Source of the DNA: an uncultured Acidimicrobiales bacterium | GTDB lineage: Bacteria; Actinomycetota; Acidimicrobiia; Acidimicrobiales; SHLQ01 | Length of the DNA: 64,000 nt | Assembly (NCBI GenBank): GCA_938038815.1 | Contig: CALHTF010000013.1 | Coordinates: 36,588 to 100,587 of the forward strand | Direction of reading: 5' to 3' | Shown here: in pieces, positions 26,770 to 35,184 of the stretch | How the letters are laid out: each line of letters starts with the position of its first letter | Numbering within the stretch: the stretch's first letter is position 1 | Made by a program: the position numbers and the translations under genes | Notes under the pieces: model-generated | Told to the model about the DNA's origin: nothing | The model's input: only the letters and a program-made list of their open reading frames with translations | Database searches by the model: none

Positions 26770-27264
26770 ATGCGGCCATCACTACCCATCCGATTGCTCA
26801 CAAGCGTGGCGTTGCTCAGCCTCGTGCTTGCGTTGCTCCCGGCCCCAGCGGTCGACGCCCAAGGCTCAAACAAAAACATCCTTGTCAAGGTCACCGTCGC
26901 TGCCCAGAACAACGGCGGCTGGATCACCCTAGTTTCGGGTGGCGGAACGCCATCGGACGGCACCACGCTGCCGGCGAACCAGCGCAAGGTCACCATTCAG
27001 TGGAAGTCAAAGACGGTAAGCAGCCTCGACAAGGTTGCCCTTAGCTACACCTGCAAGGACCCGTCGGACCCCGATAACCCCGACAAGTGGCGCACCAAGT
27101 GGAAGCAGACCAACGTCGGTAACCTTCCGGTCCCCGGCAAACTTTCGCTGAAGCTCCCGACCGACTCGGAGAACTGCCTCGTCGTGTCGGGTGTCGATGC
27201 CCCGTACACCGGCGAGCGCCCGGGCAAAATCAACCTCACGCTCAAGACCATCAAGCGTAAGTAG
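26770..27264 (+). CDS. Small secreted Lys-rich hypothetical protein
   Basis: Signal peptide MRPSLPIRLLTSVALLSLVLALLPAPAVDAQG. An RBS-like aagga lies 8 nt upstream. The mature part has two Cys and no motif I recognise. Confidence 0.5.
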   Translation: MRPSLPIRLLTSVALLSLVLALLPAPAVDAQGSNKNILVKVTVAAQNNGGWITLVSGGGTPSDGTTLPANQRKVTIQWKSKTVSSLDKVALSYTCKDPSDPDNPDKWRTKWKQTNVGNLPVPGKLSLKLPTDSENCLVVSGVDAPYTGERPGKINLTLKTIKRK

Positions 27265-27364
27265 CACCGATCGCTCAGCTGGCTGTCACTTAGGGGAGTG
27301 CACTGGCTGATCACCAAACTTGCAACCACCTCGGCCTTTTGGCCGGGGCGGTTTCGCGTTTTGG

Positions 27365-28474
27365 CTACCGGACCTCGTAGTAGAGGTTTGCCGGGTCACC
27401 AAAGTCATGTTGTTCAAAGTGCTCAAAGCCTGCGTCGCGACACATCTGTTCGGCGACCGGCGGGCTAAAGCCCAAGGTGCCGAGGCCGGCGCCGCCGGGT
27501 TCGGACATCGCCGACGACATGCAGCTCGATACCGAAAACCCGTAGTGCATGGCGAGCATCGGGTTCTTGTGGTTCTTGACGAAGTCGCCCGATGATCGGA
27601 TGTCTTTGATCAGCCAACACGCACCCGGCTTCATCGCGGCCTTTATCGAGGCGATCACCTCGGCCGGTCGAGTCATGTCGTGGATGCAATCAAAGGTGTA
27701 CATGAAGTCATAGGTGGGCTCGCTGGGAAGGTCTTCGCCGCCGGCATGAATGAACTCGATATTGGTAAGGCCGTCGTCGGCTGCTTTCTCTCGAGCAATC
27801 GTCAGAGCGTTGATCGACGGGTCATAACCATGGAAGGTCGAGTTGGGGAACGCCTTGGCAAGGGTCCGCAACGCCAGGCCGGCGCCGCAACCCACGTCGG
27901 CCACCGCCGCTCCGGCTTCGAGTTGGGTCTGCACACCATCGAGCGCCGGGATGATCTGGGGTACAAAAGCGATCCGGGCCCACGGTCCGAGCATGCGTTC
28001 GGTCCGGTGAGCGCCATTCGGGCCAAGCTGATCCCACGAGAGGCCAATCCCGGTGGTAAACGCCTCGGCGAGCTTGGTGACGATCTCTGGTTCCTGGGGT
28101 GCAGCGAAGGCGCCGGCGGCAAAGAACAAGCTGTGGTTCTCATCGGCGAGCACCGAAGCGCCCACCTCGGTGAGTTCAAAGGTCTCGGCGTCGGCGTCGT
28201 AGGAAAGTAACTTCGCTGCTTCCTGACCCCGAAGCCATTCGAGGATCCAACGCGGATGGTAGCCCGTCTGCTCGGCCACTTGGTCTGCGGTGAGCGGGCC
28301 TTTGCCCGCCAAGAATCGGTAGAGGCCTAGCCGGTCGCCCAGATGGATCATCAGCGACACCATCTCGCCCATCTTGTAGTTGTAGACCGTGAAGGCAAAT
28401 GCCGATGCCTCATCGGGGTCGACGCCGCTTGTGTCGAGGTTTGAGATGTCAAAGTCTGGTGCTTGATCAGCCAT
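27365..28474 (-). CDS. Class I SAM-dependent methyltransferase with N-terminal winged-helix-like domain
   Basis: SAM motif I VADVGCGAGLALRTLA, then the acidic loop HGYDPS, and FDCIHDM. Start set at the ATG at 28474 (MADQAPDF). Confidence 0.75.
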   Translation of the reverse strand: MADQAPDFDISNLDTSGVDPDEASAFAFTVYNYKMGEMVSLMIHLGDRLGLYRFLAGKGPLTADQVAEQTGYHPRWILEWLRGQEAAKLLSYDADAETFELTEVGASVLADENHSLFFAAGAFAAPQEPEIVTKLAEAFTTGIGLSWDQLGPNGAHRTERMLGPWARIAFVPQIIPALDGVQTQLEAGAAVADVGCGAGLALRTLAKAFPNSTFHGYDPSINALTIAREKAADDGLTNIEFIHAGGEDLPSEPTYDFMYTFDCIHDMTRPAEVIASIKAAMKPGACWLIKDIRSSGDFVKNHKNPMLAMHYGFSVSSCMSSAMSEPGGAGLGTLGFSPPVAEQMCRDAGFEHFEQHDFGDPANLYYEVR

Positions 28475-28588
28475 AGGCCGATCCTTGCACACCGCTACCG
28501 GCAATCGAAAAAACCTGATTGCTCTACTACTGTGACCACACGTCGGCGATTGGTCGACTTCGCTAGTTCAGGGGGAACAGCACAAACG

Positions 28589-30124
28589 ATGGAAGTAGCA
28601 CTCACCATCCGCGATCACATCGAACGGGCCGCACTGGTCTACGGCGACCGGGTCGGCATCGTCGACGAACCTATGCAACCGTCGGCCCCGCTACCGGACC
28701 TCACCTACCGTGAGACCCTCACCCGAGCGAAGGCGCTCGCCGCCGGGCTCGAGAAGGCTGGTATCGCTCACGGCAGCCGGGTTGCCATGGTGTCGCAGAA
28801 CGCCGCCCGCCTGCTCGTTTTTTTGTACGGCGTGCCCGGCTGGGGCCGAGTGGCCGTGCCGGTGAACTTCCGCTTGAGCCCCGCCGAGGTGCAGTACATC
28901 GTCGATCACTCGGGAGCCGAAATCACCCTGATCGACCCCGAACTCATGGAGGCCCACAGCGGTCTACAGAACACCAAGGTGATCGAGATTGGGTCAGCCG
29001 AAGAAGAAGCGTTGTTCGACTTTGATTCCGAACCCACCGACTGGGAGTGGGACGAGAACGCTACCGCCACGGTCAACTACACCAGCGGCACTACCGCCCG
29101 CCCCAAGGGCGTCGAGATGACCCACCGAAACCTGTGGGTCAATGCGGCCACGTTTGGCTGGCAGGCCGGGGTGAACGACCGCGACGTGTACCTGCACACC
29201 CTTCCGATGTTTCACTGCAACGGTTGGGGTATGCCGTTCGCCGTCGCCGGCATGGGGGTGAAACAGGTGGTGTTGCGAAAGGTCGACGGGGCCGAGATCC
29301 TGCGGCGGGTCGAGTCTCATGGCGTGACGCTCATGTGCGGAGCGCCTGCGGTTCTCGCCGCCATCCTTGAGGCCGCCGCCGACTGGGACGGCGAGGTGCC
29401 CGGCAAGGGAACCGTCCGAATCGTTTGTGCGGGTGCGCCACCCCCAACGGTGGTTATCGAACGCTGCGAGACCGAACTCGGCTGGGAATTCATCCAGATC
29501 TACGGCCTCACCGAAACCGCTCCCCTGCTCACCATGAGCCGCTGCCGATCCGAGTGGGACGATCTCACCCCCAACGAACGGGCCCAAAAGCTGAGTCGCG
29601 CCGGCGCACCGGCGCTCGGGGTTCGGATCAAGACCAGCCAGTCGGGCGAGTTCTTGGCCCAAAGCAACGTGGTGCTCAAGAGCTACTGGGAACAACCCGA
29701 CGCCACCGCCCAGGCACTGGAGGGCGGCTGGTTCCATACCGGCGACGGTGGCGTGGTCGACGACGAAAACTATGTCGTCATCTCCGACCGGAAGAAAGAC
29801 GTCATCATCTCGGGCGGCGAAAACGTTTCGTCGATCGAGGTCGAGGATGCCTTGTTTAGCCATCCCGCCGTCTCGGAGGTTGCGGTCATCGGCGTCCCGC
29901 ACGAGAAGTGGGGAGAAACCGTATTCGCGCTCGTCGTGTTGAGCGACGGTCAGGAAGCGACCGAACAGCAACTGATCGACCATTGCCGCGAGTTGCTCGC
30001 CCACTATAAGTGTCCAACCTCGATCGAGTTCCGCGACGAACTCGCCCGCACGGCGACGGGCAAGCTCCAGAAGTTCAAACTGCGCGAGCCGTACTGGGCT
30101 GGCATGGAGAAGAACATCAACTAG
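28589..30124 (+). CDS. AMP-dependent acyl-CoA synthetase / ligase
   Basis: AMP-binding motif NYTSGTTARPKGV, plus YGLTET, GWFHTGDGG and a C-terminal TATGKLQK. The ATG at 28589 is preceded by GGGGGAA. Confidence 0.85.
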   Translation: MEVALTIRDHIERAALVYGDRVGIVDEPMQPSAPLPDLTYRETLTRAKALAAGLEKAGIAHGSRVAMVSQNAARLLVFLYGVPGWGRVAVPVNFRLSPAEVQYIVDHSGAEITLIDPELMEAHSGLQNTKVIEIGSAEEEALFDFDSEPTDWEWDENATATVNYTSGTTARPKGVEMTHRNLWVNAATFGWQAGVNDRDVYLHTLPMFHCNGWGMPFAVAGMGVKQVVLRKVDGAEILRRVESHGVTLMCGAPAVLAAILEAAADWDGEVPGKGTVRIVCAGAPPPTVVIERCETELGWEFIQIYGLTETAPLLTMSRCRSEWDDLTPNERAQKLSRAGAPALGVRIKTSQSGEFLAQSNVVLKSYWEQPDATAQALEGGWFHTGDGGVVDDENYVVISDRKKDVIISGGENVSSIEVEDALFSHPAVSEVAVIGVPHEKWGETVFALVVLSDGQEATEQQLIDHCRELLAHYKCPTSIEFRDELARTATGKLQKFKLREPYWAGMEKNIN

Positions 30125-30135
30125 TCTGAGCCGCT

Positions 30136-30591
30136 ATGAATGTTGGCGATATCGCATCTGATTTCACCGCCCCAGACCAAACAGGGACCAACCTCACGTT
30201 GAGCACCCTGCTTGAGGAAGGGCCCGTGGTCCTGTTCTTCTATCCGAAGGCCATGACCCCTGGTTGAACCAAGGAAAGCTGTCATTTCCGTGACCTGGAG
30301 AGCGAGTTCGCAGAACTCGGTGCCCAGCGAGTGGGAATCAGCGCTGACTCGGTGAGTCGGCAGAAGGAATTCGACGACCTGAACTCCCTCGGGTTCCCGT
30401 TGTTGTCCGACGGCGATAAGTCGATCGCCAAGGCGTTTGGCGTCAAACGATTCGGCCCGGTGCCGTCCAAGCGCGCCACATTTGTCATCGACACCGACCG
30501 CAAGGTCCTGGCGGCGGTGGCCAGCGAAACGTCGATGACCGACCACGCCGACAAGGCCCTTGAAGCCTTGGCCGCCCGCCACGCCGGATGA
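30136..30591 (+). CDS. bcp: Bcp/PrxQ-type peroxiredoxin with in-frame TGA (30265-30267) at the peroxidatic Cys position; candidate selenoprotein or recent pseudogene
   Basis: Manual translation gives MNVGDIASDFTAPDQTGTNLTLSTLLEEGPVVLFFYPKAMTPG-TGA-TKESCHFRDLESEFAELGAQRVGISADSVSRQKEF..., in frame with track ORF 30331..30591. It matches the remembered E. coli Bcp block FYPKAMTPGCTVQAC. Confidence 0.7.
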
Positions 30592-31028
30592 GGATCTCGT
30601 TAGGTTCTGATCACGCCGGGTACGACCTCAAGTCGCACCTGGTCGAGTTCCTCGGCGCGGCCGGCCACGACATCGTCGACTGCGGCACCGATTCGACCGA
30701 GTCGGTCGACTACCCCGAGTTCTGCGCCAACGCGGCCCGAGCGGTGGTAGCCGGCGACGCCGATTTCGCCATTGTCATGGGCGGCTCTGGCCAAGGCGAA
30801 CAGTTGGCCGCCAACAAGGTCAAAGGCGTGCGAGCCGCGCTGTGTAACGACCTCTACACCGCCCGGATGGCCCGCGAACACAACGATGCCAACGTGCTTT
30901 CCATCGGCGCACGGGTGGTTGGGCTCGGCCTCGCCGAAGAGATCGTCACGTTGTTTCTCACGACCGACTTTGAGGGCGGCCGCCACCAGCGCCGGGTCGA
31001 CCAGGTCATGGCGATCGAGAAGGACTAA
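30588..31028 (+). CDS. rpiB: Ribose-5-phosphate isomerase B
   Basis: MRISLGSDHAGYDLK..., GGSGQGEQLAANKVKGVRAAL and HNDANVLSIGARV match the RpiB/LacAB family. The ATG overlaps the bcp stop (ATGA). Confidence 0.9.
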   Translation: MRISLGSDHAGYDLKSHLVEFLGAAGHDIVDCGTDSTESVDYPEFCANAARAVVAGDADFAIVMGGSGQGEQLAANKVKGVRAALCNDLYTARMAREHNDANVLSIGARVVGLGLAEEIVTLFLTTDFEGGRHQRRVDQVMAIEKD

Positions 31029-31036
31029 CCCTTTCG

Positions 31037-32248
31037 CTAGGGCTTAAAGAACGCCGGGCTCGTCGCTTTCGGCGGGATGGCGTCGAGCGGTACCGCTAGT
31101 TCGTCGACGGTTGGGCCGTGTTCGGCGGCCAACGGGGCCAGAGCATCGAGGTCGAAACCGTAGACTTCGGCCGCGTTCGTGGCGAGGACTTTGCGCATTT
31201 CGTCCTCGGACCAGTCGTGCATACCCCGTCGAATCGCTTCGCGACTGAACGGGTAGGTGCCTTCGTGGTGTGGGTAGTCGGTTCCCCACATTACCCGGTC
31301 GACGCCGATCTTCTTGATGGCCTTGCACTCGCCGGGGCTCGGGAAGCTCGCGCCGATCCAGACATTTCGGTTGAAGTACTCGCTGGGCTTGTTGGGCAGC
31401 ACAATCTCGGCGGGGAACCCGAGCTCGCCGACCCGTCCCGAAACCATTTGCCCGTGATAGGCGTCCATTCGGCGAAGCACCTCGACCGCCCAGGCAACGC
31501 CCTGTTCGGTCATGACGAACTTGAGCCTCGGGAAACGCTCGAACACGCCGGACATGATGAGGTGGCTGAGCGACCGGTTGGCGAAGAAGCCAACCTCCAT
31601 CAGGTACATCAGCTTGGCGGCTGGAGCGTCGCCGTAGTCGGGCGTGCCGTTTCCGCCGTGTTGGGTAATGACGATGTCGTGGTCTTGGCACACCGCCCAC
31701 AGCGGGTCGTAGTGCGGGTGGAACAGCGGCGCTATACCGAGGTCGGGCGGTACCGACGGCAACATCACGCTCTTGAAGCCGTTCTCGGCCGACCACTTCA
31801 CCGTTTCGATCGCCGTATCGAGGTCGTTGAGAAAGAGCTGGGTGAGGCCAACCCGCCGCTCGGGGTACACGCTGCACCAGTCCTTGAGCCACCGGTTGTG
31901 TGCTCGGAGGCCTGCTTCACGACGCTCGAGGTCGCGGGCCTCGGTGGGCGGGTACGAGATGAGCTGTCCCGTCGGGAAGAACGGTGGCACGGTGTTCGGG
32001 AAGACCACCTCGGCCACGATGCCATCCTCGTGCATCTCGCGTACTCGACGATCGTCGTCCCAGTTGCGGTCTTTGGTGTTGTCCTGCAGATCGCGAAACG
32101 GGTTCTTGTAGGCGCCACGCCACTCGGCAAACTCATCGGCCCATTCGGCCTCGAGGTACTCCTCGTACATGGCCATTCGGCCGCCAGCGTGGGTGTCCGA
32201 CGAGATGATCGTGTAGCGATCGGTGGTTGCTGCGCTCATTGGGTGCAC
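31037..32248 (-). CDS. Amidohydrolase_2 (ACMSD-like, TIM-barrel metal-dependent hydrolase) family protein
   Basis: ISSDTHAG at the N-terminus, VITQHGG, and MWGTDYPHHEG near the C-terminus are typical of PF04909-type enzymes. Confidence 0.72.
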   Translation of the reverse strand: MHPMSAATTDRYTIISSDTHAGGRMAMYEEYLEAEWADEFAEWRGAYKNPFRDLQDNTKDRNWDDDRRVREMHEDGIVAEVVFPNTVPPFFPTGQLISYPPTEARDLERREAGLRAHNRWLKDWCSVYPERRVGLTQLFLNDLDTAIETVKWSAENGFKSVMLPSVPPDLGIAPLFHPHYDPLWAVCQDHDIVITQHGGNGTPDYGDAPAAKLMYLMEVGFFANRSLSHLIMSGVFERFPRLKFVMTEQGVAWAVEVLRRMDAYHGQMVSGRVGELGFPAEIVLPNKPSEYFNRNVWIGASFPSPGECKAIKKIGVDRVMWGTDYPHHEGTYPFSREAIRRGMHDWSEDEMRKVLATNAAEVYGFDLDALAPLAAEHGPTVDELAVPLDAIPPKATSPAFFKP

Positions 32249-32343
32249 TCCAAAATCGATAGGTACCTGAACACAGGTCTACCACCCACGCGCCCACCTC
32301 ACTTAGGCTGGCCCGGCTCTACCCGGGCGCAACCTCGATCGAA

Positions 32344-33488
32344 TTGGGACCCATGTCGACTCAACCCCCTGCACCTGGCTGGTGGCAAGCTAGCGATGGG
32401 AACTGGTACCCGCCAGAGCAACACCCGACGTTCGAACAACCCCCAGCGCAACCGGTCGAGCCAACGCCGTCGGGCTTCGACGCCGCACCGCCCCCGGGCT
32501 GGTGGCGAGCCAACGATGGCAACTGGTACCCACCCCAGGAACCACCGTCGACCGCAACCGGCCCGGTGCCTTCCCCTTCCCAATCCCCTGCGCCGACGCC
32601 TCCGCCGTTGCCACCTACCCAACCAGCGGTTGATCAGCCGCCGACCCCTCCGCCAGCCCCGGCGCAGTACCGTCGGCCGGACCACCACCGGCCCCGTACC
32701 CGACCCCCACAGCAGCACCGCATCCCGCCCCGGCAACCCCTCAACCGTCGGTTGCCGGAGCGCCAGCCAATCAAGGGGGTTGGGCTGGCCTGTCGGGGGG
32801 AAAGAAGGCGGGCATTCTCACCGGAGGCGCACTGGCCGGTCTGCTGTTCGTCGGTTTGGTGATTCCGTCACCCGACGATGCGCCCGAAGACGTCGTTACC
32901 ACGACTCCGACCCCAGCTACCGCGCCAGCCCTTACTGCGCCGATCACCGTACCCGCCACGATCGCACCGGCGACCACCGTTGCGCCGGTTACCGTTCCCG
33001 CTAGCACCGCCGCGCCGACAACGGTGACCCCGACCACAACGGCGCAAACGACCATTGCGCCCACCACGACCGCGGCACCACCGACCGACGACGAAGCGGC
33101 TGCCGTAGCGGTGTCGCTGTGGGCCAACCAGTACGAAGACGAGGTATCGGATTGGGTCAACTGGTGGCCGGGTCTGGTCGGCGACGTCAGTGAACTAGCA
33201 AACGATGGCGACGTGCTCGGCATCACCAATCGGTGCCAGACCGAACTCGATGACCTCATCGATGTCGAGGGCCCGTACGCGTCGATGCTCTTGCTCGCGT
33301 TGCCCGCCGTACCCGACCCCGAGTTGATGAGCCATCTCGACGATGCGACATCCGCCCAGGCCAACTTCATCGACGAGTGCATCAGCCTCGACCTCGAGAC
33401 CGCAGCCGAGTCTGCGGGCCGAGCCAACGACGCGGTCGATCGAGCGACTCAACGTTTGGGCGAACTGCTCGAGATCACCGGGTCATAG
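32344..33488 (+). pseudogene. Frameshifted membrane protein: two GWW-x3-DGNWYPP repeats, Pro-rich linker, TM helix, Thr/Pro-rich linker, extracytoplasmic helical domain
   Basis: Frame A (32344..) is sensible up to ...PPTPPPAPAQY, then becomes Arg-rich nonsense. A second frame opens at 32634 and reads ...PAPYPTPTAAPHPAPATPQPSVAGAPANQGGWAGLSGGKKAGILTGGALAGLLFVGLVIPSPDD..., continuing into track ORF 32856..33488. That ORF's only start (TTG) falls in the middle of the TM helix. Confidence 0.55.
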
Positions 33489-33505
33489 CGCTACCGGCCG
33501 CAGCG

Positions 33506-35179
33506 CTAACCGTTCGAACGTCCGTCTCGCCGAATGGACTTCGGCGCGGACGAACCCTTCTGGCCGCCACCCTTCGGGCCCGACCGCTTGTCCGCCGCCT
33601 TGGGATTCGATGGGGCCCGACGCTTGCCTTTGTTCTTCTTGGCCGCTTGGTCCGACCAGCGATTCTTGTTGCTCTTTGGCTTGCGCTTTTTGGGTTTGGC
33701 AACCGCTCGACCGGCCGTGCGCGGCCGCTCCTGGGGCGTCGGGCGCCGCTTCTTTGCCCGTGCCTCGCGTTCCGCGTCGCGTTCTTCTTGCGCCTGGCGT
33801 TCTTCGCGTTCTTCAACCTGGCGGTCGTAGGCCTTCAGCTCTTTCTTGTATCGCTTCTTCTCGCCCTTGGGGACCACGTCGCGAACACCATCGTTCTGGC
33901 GGACCCGTTTGGGCTTGGGCTTTTCGGGCCGACCCCGACCGCCTCGGCGGGGTGTTGGCTGCCGCGACGGGGGACGGCGTTCGGCCACCGCATCCTTACC
34001 GAACTCGGCGTCAAAGTCGCGGGTTTCGTGCGACCGCACGATGGCGTCGGGCAGATCGGCGATCTTCAGATCGTCGAACTCCACCTCCATACCGAGCGAC
34101 TTCTGCAGGCCCTTGGCCTTGCCCCGCTTTTCGGGGATGATGAGCGAAATAACGACGCCGCTCGCGCCGGCCCGGCCGGTGCGCCCCGACCGGTGCACAT
34201 AGTCCTTGTCCGACTCGGGCGGATCGAAGTGCATGACCATCGCCACGTTGTCGACATGGATACCGCGAGCGGCCACGTCGGTTGCGACCAACACATGAGC
34301 GTGGCCTTTGGTGAATGCTCGTAGGGCTCGTTCGCGCTGGGCTTGGCTGCGGTCGCCGTGAATCGCAACCGCCTCAACGCCGAGCTTTAACAGGTTCTTG
34401 GCGACGCGTTCGCAGCCTCGTCGGGTTCGACAGAACACGATCGACGATTCGTAGCGGCCCAAGATGCTGGCGGCGAGGTCGGTGCGGCCTTTGCTGTTGA
34501 CCTCGTACCAAAAGTGTTCGACGTCACCCGATTCGCCCTCGGCCGACCGAACCTCGACCCGCAGCGGGTTGTTCTGGTACCGCCGCACCAGCGAGTCGAC
34601 TTCGCGGTCGAGGGTGGCCGAAAAGAGCAAGGTGCGACGGTCTTCGGAGGTCTGGTCGAGGATCCGCTTCACGGTCACTAGGAAGCCCATATCGGCCATC
34701 CGGTCGGCCTCGTCGACCACCACGATGTCGACGCTGCTGAGATTGCACGCTCGCCGACCTATGAGGTCTTCGAGTCGCCCCGGACAGGCGACAAGAATAT
34801 CGACGCCTTTGGCGAGTGCTTTGATGTCGCGTTCGATGTTGGTGCCGCCATAGACGGTGAGGATCGACCGCCCCTTGGCCTTGGCCAACGGAGCGAGTTC
34901 CGACTTGATCTGTTGGGCCAACTCACGGGTCGGCGACAAGATGAGCGCCCGCGGTTTGTACTTGGTGGATGGTTCGACCAACTCGACCGTCGGCACACCA
35001 AAGGCCAAGGTTTTACCCGACCCCGTCGGCGCCTTGCCGCAGATGTCGTCGCCGGCGAGAGCGGCCTCGATGGTTTCGACTTGGATCGGGAACGCCTCGG
35101 TGATGTCGCGTTCGGCCAGTGCGGCAACCACCGGTTCTGACACGCCGAGTTCGGCGAACGTCACTGCACTGGTTGCCAT
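33506..35179 (-). CDS. DEAD-box ATP-dependent RNA helicase with basic C-terminal tail
   Basis: Q-motif region FAELGV, then APTGSGKTLAF, PTRELA, VVDEADRMADMGF, SAT and HRSGRTGRAG. The C-terminal extension is Arg/Lys-rich. Confidence 0.9.
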   Translation of the reverse strand: MATSAVTFAELGVSEPVVAALAERDITEAFPIQVETIEAALAGDDICGKAPTGSGKTLAFGVPTVELVEPSTKYKPRALILSPTRELAQQIKSELAPLAKAKGRSILTVYGGTNIERDIKALAKGVDILVACPGRLEDLIGRRACNLSSVDIVVVDEADRMADMGFLVTVKRILDQTSEDRRTLLFSATLDREVDSLVRRYQNNPLRVEVRSAEGESGDVEHFWYEVNSKGRTDLAASILGRYESSIVFCRTRRGCERVAKNLLKLGVEAVAIHGDRSQAQRERALRAFTKGHAHVLVATDVAARGIHVDNVAMVMHFDPPESDKDYVHRSGRTGRAGASGVVISLIIPEKRGKAKGLQKSLGMEVEFDDLKIADLPDAIVRSHETRDFDAEFGKDAVAERRPPSRQPTPRRGGRGRPEKPKPKRVRQNDGVRDVVPKGEKKRYKKELKAYDRQVEEREERQAQEERDAEREARAKKRRPTPQERPRTAGRAVAKPKKRKPKSNKNRWSDQAAKKNKGKRRAPSNPKAADKRSGPKGGGQKGSSAPKSIRRDGRSNG

Positions 35180-35184
35180 GGGCT

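Noticed and set aside
30121-30582. 153-aa minus-strand ORF covering the bcp locus.
   Set aside because: The plus-strand frame reproduces the Bcp family sequence almost residue for residue on both sides of the TGA. The minus-strand product has no recognisable features.
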